This document shows positions 39,039 to 47,975 of a stretch of DNA of 64,000 bases, piece after piece. How positions within the stretch are numbered: position 1 is the first letter of the stretch; each line of letters opens with the position of its first letter. Source of the stretch: Oligoflexia bacterium. Lineage in GTDB: Bacteria > Bdellovibrionota_G > JANQFH01. The DNA is taken from assembly GCA_028277945.1 (NCBI GenBank), contig JANQFH010000008.1:195442-259441 (forward strand), given 5' to 3'. The position numbers and the translations under genes were made by a program. The notes under the pieces were generated by a model that saw only the letters and a list, made by a program, of their open reading frames with translations, was not told the origin of the DNA and ran no database searches.

Positions 39039-40130
39039 TCACTGCGTACTCCGGTCACAGTAGATCTCAATATCATTCTGTTTTATCAGTATATGTTTTT
39101 GTGTATACGTTACTTCTACGCCTTTATGGTGTGCTTTGTAATCATATCTATAATGACCATCGAAATATCGGCATATTTGTAACGGCCCTGATTTTTTTAG
39201 TAGGTCTGTCACCCCCAATTGTAGAGGATTTTTATTTCCCGAACGTGATGACGAGGCCATCTCCTGAAACGGATGCAATTTTGAATCAATTCGCTTAGGT
39301 ACATTAGGATGAGCGTAATAAAATATTTCTCTGTCACCGCACTTCCTAAAGTAATAGGGAATGTCACCTCGTTCTAATTGTTCTAGCTCACTAGGTAGAA
39401 ATTCGTTCCCGTTTAAATTATTCGCCTTCTTTGTCAAGAAGGAATGATAATCTCTTGTAGACCGAGGAATGACCCGAATCGGATTTTGCATGAATCCATC
39501 AATGGAAGCAAAAAGATTCGCTGTGAGTTCTGTTACTGATGAGAGAAAGTTCAATGCGTCAAAAAAACCAAAGCAAATTGCAGCAACGCCACTGTGGGAT
39601 CTATCCAACTCTCGAAAGTTATTTAATAGGTGGGAGAGTCCTGAATCTTCAAATGTCAATGCAGGGGAAGGTATGAGTGCTGTTTCAGAGAGAAGTGTGT
39701 GATCTTCAAAGATACATTCTATATCGATAGGGCTGAATATGATACTGCCAGCAGAAGTCTTGCCAAGCAATACATTGGCACGGTGCAGATCTCCAATTCC
39801 GAACCAAGTAATAAGTGCGATGGTACGGCCAATATCTTCTAATACTTCTAAATCTAGATCTTTGGAAATGAGAGGTTTAAGTAGGAGTTCCTCTACTCTG
39901 CCAAAACATTTTTCACCAGGAGATGACATTTCGACATATAGTTTTGGTAAAGATCTTCCTGGGTATACAAATCCCCTTTTCTTAGCTTCAGATTCTAATA
40001 AAGATGTTAAGGGACTTAATCGAGATAAGAAGAGGTATTCCCAAAATACAGTTCTAGGCTTGCAAATCCTTTGGGTACCATCACGACAAACTCGCTGTCC
40101 AAAATTGTGAGGGTCGCCTAACGGTTGCAT
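39039..40130 (-). CDS. hypothetical protein, possible kinase-like phosphotransferase fold
   Basis: 363-aa ORF with GGGAGG before the ATG; segment GIGDLHRANVLL resembles catalytic loops of aminoglycoside/protein-kinase-like phosphotransferases; occupies the modifying-enzyme slot of the cassette. Confidence 0.35.
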   Translation of the reverse strand: MQPLGDPHNFGQRVCRDGTQRICKPRTVFWEYLFLSRLSPLTSLLESEAKKRGFVYPGRSLPKLYVEMSSPGEKCFGRVEELLLKPLISKDLDLEVLEDIGRTIALITWFGIGDLHRANVLLGKTSAGSIIFSPIDIECIFEDHTLLSETALIPSPALTFEDSGLSHLLNNFRELDRSHSGVAAICFGFFDALNFLSSVTELTANLFASIDGFMQNPIRVIPRSTRDYHSFLTKKANNLNGNEFLPSELEQLERGDIPYYFRKCGDREIFYYAHPNVPKRIDSKLHPFQEMASSSRSGNKNPLQLGVTDLLKKSGPLQICRYFDGHYRYDYKAHHKGVEVTYTQKHILIKQNDIEIYCDRSTQ

Positions 40131-40144
40131 ATGCCTCCCATCAG

Positions 40145-40258
40145 TCTATGCGGGTAGAGAAAGGGGAGGCTTACCTAGATCCCTACAGTCACGCCACGTA
40201 TTACGACAATCTTCTCCAATTTATCTAAATCTATGTATTCTCGTCTTCTTTTTTTCAT
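40145..40258 (-). CDS. candidate precursor peptide (37 aa): MKKRRREYIDLDKLEKIVVNTWRDCRDLGKPPLSLPA
   Basis: Below the ORF-track cutoff; ATG preceded by AGGAG at 6-nt spacing; stop lies 14 bp upstream of the 39039..40130 gene. Confidence 0.35.
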
Positions 40259-40895
40259 GATTTACTCCTATTTAGGTTATATCCACCAATTTTTCAAGCT
40301 CTTATTTGATATCCTTAAAGCTTAGGATGCACCCTATCCTAATTTATTTCTGCAAGGAACGTGCTAACAAAAAAGTTAATGATTTTAAAAGATTGGGTTC
40401 TTCAGGAAAGAGTATTGTTGGTTTTTGCAACAATCTAGTGCATAAAACGACAAATTGTATCTCTTACGACCAAGGTTAATAAAAGTTAATAGTGATTGAA
40501 GGGGAGGATTAGTTGTGGAGTGTTAACCCTTGGATGATATTAGACGAATTTTGAAAATCGGTCTTAATCTATTGATAAAAAAGAAACTTTTTGGGAAATT
40601 GGGGTTGATTGCCGACTGACCCAACAAAATACTACAGAAGTCTTAATGTGACAGACGTAACACATGATTCATTTCAGATGCTTATGTTGTAGTGCAGAGT
40701 GTATAGAATTTTCTCAACAAGAAGGCATATATCCTGGGAAAGGCTGCTGGTTATGGGATGTGGCCTTGCCTACTGGTATGGCGACTTACAACACTTACTC
40801 TTTTGTTAATTTCCGTAGGACTAAGAGTGGTTGCGAGGCTGGTGTACAGCATTCTCCCTATTTCAGTGGAGGGCTTGTTTTCAGAGTTTAAACAC

Positions 40896-41000
40896 CTAGT
40901 TCGCTATGAGGCTTTCCATAAACTGGTAGCCTTCGGCAATTGCAGCATCGGTAATTTGGTCCTTCAAACTGTCAACACTTCTCCGTCCCCAAGCACATGA
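40896..41000 (-). pseudogene. 3'-terminal remnant of a paralog of the lipase-like gene 44960..46414
   Basis: Minus-strand translation ...SVDSLKDQITDAAIAEGYQFMESLIAN-stop matches the C-terminus ...GLKDQITDAAITEGRQFMESLIVN-stop of 44960..46414, with a nucleotide match of about 70 bp; no upstream body. Confidence 0.5.
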
Positions 41001-41116
41001 AGTGTGTTGAACTTGAAATAGGTCTGCTACCTAAGCGAATGCTTTCCTACATTCCTATTGAAGTAGTTGGGCATAAATTACGTTAGTGGTTTTAACAAAT
41101 ACTAGTTAAGGTCTTG

Positions 41117-42331
41117 ATGTTTAGATTCTATTTCAACTCTTTTCGAGGTTTACCCAGGGCGGGAGTGTTGCTTTCATTGGCTGCATTGATAAACCGTCTT
41201 GGAAGTGTGGTGTTGTTTTTCTTTGCGATCTATTTAACGAAAAATAATTGGAGCGTATTTGATATTGGGAAGGTTCTATCAGCCTATAGTTTTGGCTATG
41301 CAGGTGGGGCTTATCTTGGTGGTCGTCTTAGTGATCGTTATGATAGCCGTTTTATACTTATAATTACACTAATGGGTTCTGGCTTATGTTTCTTCGGACT
41401 TTCTATAGCGGATTCTTTTACACCTGTTATTCTTTTACTTTCTATGGCTGGCATTTTGGAAGGTGCCTTTAAACCAGCATACAATGTTACAATGACCCGA
41501 TGTTGTACCCAGGACGAGTGGTCACGTGCTTATGCACTGTATATGACCACGACTTATTTAGGAGGAGCTATAGCTTCAATGGCAGGTGGATTTTTGTCCA
41601 AATGGAACTTTAGCTACATTTTTTATTTTGATGGTGTAACGTGTATCATTGCAGCGGTTTTTGTGTGTATTGTTTTCGATCGGCTAACCCGTTCAGTGGA
41701 AGCAGAGAAAGAGCAAATCACCGATGAGTTCAGTCTATCTAAAAATACACCTCCATCTTCTCTAGTTATTTGGATAATTTTTGTATCCATGTTTTTTGTC
41801 TATCTTGTTGATCAACAGGAGTCTGGAAGCTATATGATTCATATTACAAAACAGTATGGTATTGATACTCACCAGGTAGGTATGTTGATTGCTTTTGGCT
41901 GTGTACTTATGGCACTGACCACTGTACCTTTGACTCAGTTTTTCAAACGCATTCCGGATTTTATCGCGATGACTTTAGGATCTTTGATTCTTTGCCTGTC
42001 CTTTGGTCTTTTGAATCAGGGTGATAGTTTTGCCTTTCTTTTCTTGTTGATGGCTATGTGGTCCTTGGGCAGCATCATATCATTTCCGACCGTAGTGAGC
42101 CTCATTGGTAAGTACTCAACAAAGGAAAGGGTTGGACATAACATGGGAATTTACCATTTCATCTCTGGCTTAAGCAGAATCGTCGCGCCCTCTCTTGGTA
42201 CCTATGTCTATCAAAACTTGGGTCCGAATATCTTGTGGAGTGCTTGCACTGCTATTGGTGTTTTCAGTGGTGTATCCTTCCTTCTCATTTATCGTTTTAG
42301 TTTAAGGTCAATTCACTCCAGAGAAGCATGA
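41117..42331 (+). CDS. MFS-type transporter
   Basis: About 404-aa polytopic membrane protein, motif-A-like loop GGRLSDRYDSR; ATG at 41117 (track start is TTG at 41114). Confidence 0.7.
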   Translation: MFRFYFNSFRGLPRAGVLLSLAALINRLGSVVLFFFAIYLTKNNWSVFDIGKVLSAYSFGYAGGAYLGGRLSDRYDSRFILIITLMGSGLCFFGLSIADSFTPVILLLSMAGILEGAFKPAYNVTMTRCCTQDEWSRAYALYMTTTYLGGAIASMAGGFLSKWNFSYIFYFDGVTCIIAAVFVCIVFDRLTRSVEAEKEQITDEFSLSKNTPPSSLVIWIIFVSMFFVYLVDQQESGSYMIHITKQYGIDTHQVGMLIAFGCVLMALTTVPLTQFFKRIPDFIAMTLGSLILCLSFGLLNQGDSFAFLFLLMAMWSLGSIISFPTVVSLIGKYSTKERVGHNMGIYHFISGLSRIVAPSLGTYVYQNLGPNILWSACTAIGVFSGVSFLLIYRFSLRSIHSREA

Positions 42332-43131
42332 AACTGATCGAAAGAGATGTAGCTTTAATCAACCATGAATATTACATCGATGGAATTGCTGGCAGTCAGT
42401 ATACATCGAGACAGGTGTTTACGTGCCGAGGTAAACTATTTGTTGTGATTGATGAATTGTGTGTCGATAAGTTACATGATATAGCGGTTAACTACGTTGG
42501 CCAATATAGTACTAAGAGTATAGTGTGTCTTTGCTCACATTTACGTGTTAGACAAATTAGTGAAATGTGGGAAAAGACAAGTTCAAAATTCTATTCGTGG
42601 TTTGGTTTTACGTTTGATCCGGCATTGTCCCGGTTCGACTTTGCTTACTCGAAAAGTGCACTAGAGGGATTCGACGTATCGGTCGGTATGCCAATTAGTA
42701 AGGTTGAAAAGGAAACACTGTTAAAATTGTGGCAAAAACACTATATTGAAAAGGTTCTCCTAGGTTATCCGGAGAAAATAAGGCATCGTTATCTTGAAGA
42801 ATTTCAACAAAGATTGGGTTCTGATAATGAAAATCGGCATACCATAGTTCGGCAGGATAGTGAGATTGTGGCCCATCAGATGCTACGAAGACTTTTTACG
42901 GAGCAAAGAAACTGTTGGGATAAAGAGTTGCACTTTTGGGTCGATGGACAGCTGAATAAGTCGATTCGACGAGAAATTCATCGACGGTTTTGGTATGAAG
43001 TACATGAGGCATCGAGAAAACATATGGTGCTTGGTGGTGTTGCGAGTAATAATATATCGAGTATCAAACATCTCATTAAAAATGGTGGCCGATTACTTTT
43101 TATTCAATACATAGGGTTATCGTCTTACTAG
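42328..43131 (+). CDS. hypothetical protein (cassette enzyme slot)
   Basis: 267-aa ORF whose start overlaps the MFS stop by 4 nt; no recognised motif. Confidence 0.4.
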   Translation: MKLIERDVALINHEYYIDGIAGSQYTSRQVFTCRGKLFVVIDELCVDKLHDIAVNYVGQYSTKSIVCLCSHLRVRQISEMWEKTSSKFYSWFGFTFDPALSRFDFAYSKSALEGFDVSVGMPISKVEKETLLKLWQKHYIEKVLLGYPEKIRHRYLEEFQQRLGSDNENRHTIVRQDSEIVAHQMLRRLFTEQRNCWDKELHFWVDGQLNKSIRREIHRRFWYEVHEASRKHMVLGGVASNNISSIKHLIKNGGRLLFIQYIGLSSY

Positions 43132-43253
43132 TGGTCTGACATATCTTGGTTGTCACCCTACAAACTACACATAGATTGTGTCAAAATTGAACAGTTTGTT
43201 TGAAATGGAGACAGTAACAAACCAAGTAAAAACTAACTGATTTTATGCCTGTG

Positions 43254-43343
43254 TAACCTTGACGGATTTAAGCGATCAGGGTAAGCATTTATAATTAGAC
43301 GAGATTATAAATGAGCTTAGAAAGGGAAGCGCAATGCGGAGTT
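43254..43343. repeat. duplicated promoter/5'-leader element, copy 1 (pairs with 47260..47352)
   Basis: AACCTTGACGGATTTAA ... ATTATAAAT.AGCTT.GAAAGG.AA..GCAATGCGGAGTT shared with 47260..47352, including a TTGACG -35-like box, a purine-rich RBS and the ATG CGG AGT start. Confidence 0.6.
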
Positions 43344-44740
43344 CAAAAATTGGTATGACAAACGTTCCAAGTGACCTTGATCCATTGAAGGCACGATATG
43401 CTTACGACCTGATGATGAACGCATGCGTTTTTTCGCGACTTGTACAGCTTGATGGTAATGGTCAGGTGGTGTCAGAGCTTGCGTCCAGTTGGAAGGTTAG
43501 TGATGCAGGAGATGAGTATACCTTTACCTTGAATTCGGACGCGAGATTTCATGATGGGTCACCAGTAACAGCTCGAGATGTTGTCTATACCTTCGAAAGG
43601 ATCTTGAAGTCAGATCGGCCACCTGCTTCGATTCTTCGTCTAGCATTAGATCCTTCCTTTCGTTCGGATGAGGATTGTCCGGTAAAGGCAGTGAACGATC
43701 GTCAGGTCAAATTTCATTTACCTGGTGCGTACCCGCCATTTCTGTCTCTGCTTTGTAATCCTGTTTTTGGAATAGTTGCTCAGGATAGTGATGGTAAGAT
43801 TGGCTCTGGTCCAATGGTGCTGGAGGCTGACGAGCATAGTAAGACATTGAAGTTTAAACCCTTCCAGGAAGGCGCCGGTCTCGGCGAGTTTTATGTAAAG
43901 CAGATCTCCCGTGACAGCTTACCGGAAGTTATTGCCGAAGATGAACTAGATCTGATTTTTGGGCTCAATTCAATAGATTTTCAGAACGTAATCCGCATAG
44001 ACCCATACAAGGTCGTCAGAGGCCATGATTCGTTTGTCGCTCACTTTTTATGCAATACCAAAAGTCCAGTACTAGATTCTTTAGAGAGGCGACGTAATCT
44101 AAGCTATTTGATCAATTCGCTTTCAGATGAAGTGAGCAATTTAGCAGAATATCAAAAACCGCTGAAAAGTTTTCTACCAAGTGGGTTGTTGTCGCCATCT
44201 TATTACCAGAGAGCAACATCGCCTGTATCCGAGGATGCCTTTAGTGCAAAAAACAGCCAATTCAAAGCCCAACCGCTGCGTATCGTGGTTCAGAAAGGTA
44301 TTTTTTCTCAGAGTTATATGAGTGCGCTAGGTTCTCTAATAGAAAGGCTAGGTATGGTACCTGATATTCAACTAGTGGATTCAGACGCATTATGGAACCG
44401 CTATGCAAAGGATGATTATGATCTTATATCTTTTAGTTACAGTTTGGCGATTCCCGACGATCCAGATGGCTACCTATGGCCCTTCGACAATAAGGAGCTC
44501 GGCATTGATAATCGGTTTCCTATGAGCTCTTTTCTTCAGAAGATTGAAAAGGTCCGTTTTACGTCGAACCAGAAAGAGAGACTCGAGCTCTATGAACGTG
44601 AGTTCAAGCAGTTTGAACAGGAACATTACTTTATTCCAGTGCTTCAACATGACCATCTTATTGCTTTTAAAAACCGGAGCGAAATACCGACTTTAAAGCC
44701 TACATTCCTTTATCGATTGTCTGATTTTATCAGACCTTAG
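43334..44740 (+). CDS. family-5 solute-binding protein lacking a signal peptide (N-terminally truncated paralog)
   Basis: 468-aa ORF aligning to the other SBP5 paralogs from about residue 40 onward (SKIGMTNVPSDLDPLK vs LKIGVSILPQTLDPMK); begins MRSSKIG with no hydrophobic leader. Confidence 0.65.
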   Translation: MRSSKIGMTNVPSDLDPLKARYAYDLMMNACVFSRLVQLDGNGQVVSELASSWKVSDAGDEYTFTLNSDARFHDGSPVTARDVVYTFERILKSDRPPASILRLALDPSFRSDEDCPVKAVNDRQVKFHLPGAYPPFLSLLCNPVFGIVAQDSDGKIGSGPMVLEADEHSKTLKFKPFQEGAGLGEFYVKQISRDSLPEVIAEDELDLIFGLNSIDFQNVIRIDPYKVVRGHDSFVAHFLCNTKSPVLDSLERRRNLSYLINSLSDEVSNLAEYQKPLKSFLPSGLLSPSYYQRATSPVSEDAFSAKNSQFKAQPLRIVVQKGIFSQSYMSALGSLIERLGMVPDIQLVDSDALWNRYAKDDYDLISFSYSLAIPDDPDGYLWPFDNKELGIDNRFPMSSFLQKIEKVRFTSNQKERLELYEREFKQFEQEHYFIPVLQHDHLIAFKNRSEIPTLKPTFLYRLSDFIRP

Positions 44741-44959
44741 CCTAGATCCGGACACAGACATATTTTTTAACGAATTTATTATGGTTCATTTCGTGTAATA
44801 GTGTGTTCGATCCGAGTGTGTACCCTAGGCTTTTTCAAGAATGAGTTTGGTTTTGAGCCGAAAGGGCTCTAGCAGTATATCCAGGGTACCCCGTTTCAGG
44901 CGGCGACGTCCTTTAAGAAAGGCGGAGATGTTTGCTGGCGTTGCATGGGCAAGTAAAGC

Positions 44960-46414
44960 CTAATTCACTATTAGGCTCTCCATAAACTGGCGGCCTTCGG
45001 TAATTGCCGCATCGGTAATTTGATCCTTTAAACCTGTGGCATTCTTTGCCCAACACTCAGGGCTTTTTGAGAATAGGAATCGCTGCTGGTTGGCCTTGAA
45101 CCCATATTGGTGTCCGCCACCTCTGCCGCGCTGGGCGTGACCGTTGTAAGAGGTACAATAAGACATCTCTGCCCATTCTAAATCCTCTCGTCTCGCTTTC
45201 AAAACCAATGCCGGACAATCATCAAACCATTTCAACACGGCATCTGCCTGTTCACTACATTTAAGCAAAAGACCAGAGATAACATCCATAAAAGCCATTC
45301 CTGCCATACACTGACCTACACTCAACTTTTGCGGCCTATGAATATGCCGATGCATCCAATGCCAAACAGGCATTAAAGAAGAGTGTAATCCATTTACCAG
45401 TTCATGCATATAGGCTCGTTCGTATTGTACTACCGGATCTTCAGAATTGATTGATCCGATCAAAAATTCTTCTTTAATCTTTATCTTCATCTCTCCATTG
45501 TTTTCAAAAACCCATTTTTCAAACATCTCGTCTATAGCCGAACGGATCATCAGCATTACAAAATCCCATGCTGAACCACTAAGATAATGCCTTACAAAAT
45601 CGTGCCCCGTACCTGTCGCCTCCTCATCACTCCAGTTTGGCGGTAGTTTTTTTGGCACTGCTCTGATAATTCGATCTTGCTTCAGCGTAATATGCAATGG
45701 CTTGATATAAGGGGTGTCTCCAGGACCTTTTGCTCTAGATAAATCACCCAACTTAGTTCGCTCAAACCGAGTATCAGACACCTTACTTGCTGGCGTTGCC
45801 ACTGAAATCAGCATCATGATACCTTTAAAGCCTCCGTTATCACCCTCGAACATCACCTTTTCATAAGCCTCATTTGAAAAGAAATTCCCTTGTGAGTGAC
45901 TGACTGTTAATGTATTGTAACCTTCCTCCAGTGATTTTCGATAAGCCGCTACTTGTTCAGCAATGTCAGCTCTTCTTTGTCTGTTCACAAATTCGTCAAA
46001 TAACCCCCTAATCGACTTAGAGATGTTCACCAAAAAATCCGGCGCTAGGTGCTGCTGGGAGAACAGACGAAACATGCTCCCTGAATCTAAGACAACGTTT
46101 TTTCTACGCAGATCGTCCCGCTTTTGATCCATTGCCTCGGCAATCTGCAGCAAAACTGTTTGATCGGTGTTGAACGCGATGTTCGGCTCAGCGTCTCGTA
46201 CTAGCCCTTCCACACCTCTCAAAACACGCATTTTCTCCCAAAGCTGAGTCCAAGATTTTTGTGCCTCCTCAAAAGAGGTAAACATTCCATTTGCGAAATA
46301 TAATCTCGATTTCCTCCAACACTCACCTGCACCATAACCTACCTCAGCCACAGTCAGCAGAACGACAAGGATCCCTAGAGCAATGTTCAAATTTCTACTT
46401 GTGTTCAAATTCAC
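44960..46414 (-). CDS. secreted hypothetical protein, possible alpha/beta-hydrolase (lipase-like)
   Basis: 484-aa ORF with signal peptide; SxSxG-type nucleophile-elbow candidate (TVSHSQGNFF); its C-terminus is duplicated as a remnant at 40896..41000. Confidence 0.35.
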   Translation of the reverse strand: MNLNTSRNLNIALGILVVLLTVAEVGYGAGECWRKSRLYFANGMFTSFEEAQKSWTQLWEKMRVLRGVEGLVRDAEPNIAFNTDQTVLLQIAEAMDQKRDDLRRKNVVLDSGSMFRLFSQQHLAPDFLVNISKSIRGLFDEFVNRQRRADIAEQVAAYRKSLEEGYNTLTVSHSQGNFFSNEAYEKVMFEGDNGGFKGIMMLISVATPASKVSDTRFERTKLGDLSRAKGPGDTPYIKPLHITLKQDRIIRAVPKKLPPNWSDEEATGTGHDFVRHYLSGSAWDFVMLMIRSAIDEMFEKWVFENNGEMKIKIKEEFLIGSINSEDPVVQYERAYMHELVNGLHSSLMPVWHWMHRHIHRPQKLSVGQCMAGMAFMDVISGLLLKCSEQADAVLKWFDDCPALVLKARREDLEWAEMSYCTSYNGHAQRGRGGGHQYGFKANQQRFLFSKSPECWAKNATGLKDQITDAAITEGRQFMESLIVN

Positions 46415-46898
46415 AAGGATCTACCTTTGGATCATGCCCGCCAAGCATCTTCCCTGAAAGCTTACCGTTGAACTCTATATAACGCCTCGCTCTTGCTCGT
46501 GTGTTCACTACGAGATCTTCGATTACCTCACCAGCCTCCCCAGCATAAGCCTCCAAATCTACCTTGGCAAAACAAAGCGATGCTCTCGTAATCTGTCCTG
46601 CCACTACCTCAGCGTCTAAGTCGTTTTTAAGGGCATTCTGTAGGGCCTTTGCCTGTTGTCGCATCGCCATCTGTACCATTCTATCTCCGGCATACTCCCT
46701 CTCAATGAGGGCTTCCACGTCATCTCGCACGCCGTCTTGGTTTTTATCTACCCCCTCAATTGTCTCGTCTTCTGCTTTCTTACTACAGGGCCCACATCCA
46801 GCTCCCACCAGGCTTCCTAAGGTAAGACTAAGCAGCAGGACAAAAGAGGCACCGGTCATACGGATTGTCTTCAGAATCAACAACCATAAATTCATCAT
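46395..46898 (-). CDS. probable lipoprotein of unknown function
   Basis: 167-aa ORF; signal peptide with lipobox-like LVGAGC; 3' end overlaps the start of 44960..46414 by 20 nt. Confidence 0.4.
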   Translation of the reverse strand: MMNLWLLILKTIRMTGASFVLLLSLTLGSLVGAGCGPCSKKAEDETIEGVDKNQDGVRDDVEALIEREYAGDRMVQMAMRQQAKALQNALKNDLDAEVVAGQITRASLCFAKVDLEAYAGEAGEVIEDLVVNTRARARRYIEFNGKLSGKMLGGHDPKVDPCEFEHK

Positions 46899-47259
46899 CT
46901 CTATTCTCCTTCTTTAGTTACTACGATTGCGGAAAGTTGTTCTGTTTCCTTAATAACGCAAGAATCGTGCCTATACAGGGTCATATAGGCAATCTCATGA
47001 TTCGGGTTTCTGATGTATCTGATAAAACAAAGATGGATGAAGGAAAATGAAACAACCTGACGTTAATCCAAGCAATATGTATGAAAAGAAAACAACAGCG
47101 TGTATGTCATGCTTGGAGTCTTTTCACTCGGTATAAGTAAAAGAGCCTCGACAGAAACGACGTGGATATGTTTGTGCTGAGTCAATTGTTATTTGCGCAT
47201 CTCCGGATCTGATGAAACAGCGACAAACTGAAAGAAGAACTGACCAACTTTACCATTTA

Positions 47260-47352
47260 TAACCTTGACGGATTTAATCAGTCAAGGTAGTCAATGAACT
47301 AGGATTAGTAGGATTATAAATAAGCTTGGAAAGGAAATTGCAATGCGGAGTT
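47260..47352. repeat. duplicated promoter/5'-leader element, copy 2
   Basis: Matches 43254..43343; here the shared ATG CGG AGT start opens only a 16-codon upstream ORF (MRSLMLQFIGRKYVSR, stop 47391..47393) overlapping the start of the gene at 47380. Confidence 0.6.
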
Positions 47353-47379
47353 TAATGTTGCAGTTTATAGGAAGAAAGT

Positions 47380-47748
47380 ATGTCAGCCGTTAAAATTACA
47401 GCAAATTTATTTTCGCTGTACTTTGTAATAGTGCCTTTCAGCAATGCAGCAAACTGGTCACTCGTAGAGAAGATTGACCCAAGCACAACGGCTCAGACCA
47501 AACGTGAATTAACCGACAGCGAGTATTCGTATATTTCTGGTAAATTCAAATGCACTGTTTTAGCACCAGAGAAAGACTCAAATAAAAAACGTGGGTGGTT
47601 TAGAACTATTAAGTGTAAAAATGGCGATCTAGTATTTGAAGATACTGCTTCTTGTGGCGGTATACATGGAGAATTCGGTATTGTCGGGGTTAAAGTTACC
47701 TATAAAGGTGAAACTTTTCAGCCATTGCTAGTTTGTCAGGCAAAATAG
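47380..47748 (+). CDS. small secreted hypothetical protein
   Basis: 122-aa ORF with signal peptide and four Cys. Confidence 0.45.
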   Translation: MSAVKITANLFSLYFVIVPFSNAANWSLVEKIDPSTTAQTKRELTDSEYSYISGKFKCTVLAPEKDSNKKRGWFRTIKCKNGDLVFEDTASCGGIHGEFGIVGVKVTYKGETFQPLLVCQAK

Positions 47749-47975
47749 TTTCATCGCCTAAAATGGCCTAGTCAAGAAAAGCGTTTACAGGTTGTGAAAA
47801 GAGAAGGCCCTCTTATTTCAATGAGGCCGAATTTATCCGCGATATAAATTAGTTGTACAATGGAAACGCATAAGGAACCAGGGCATTCTAGATTTCTCCG
47901 CCCGTCTAAAACCGTGTATATCTGGTATGTAACATCAATAATGCATGATATTGGTCGAAGAAAAGGTTAACATGC

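Noticed and set aside
40997-41086. 29-codon plus-strand ORF upstream of the MFS gene (possible fourth precursor)
   Set aside because: No Shine-Dalgarno motif, and it overlaps the lipase-like gene remnant on the other strand
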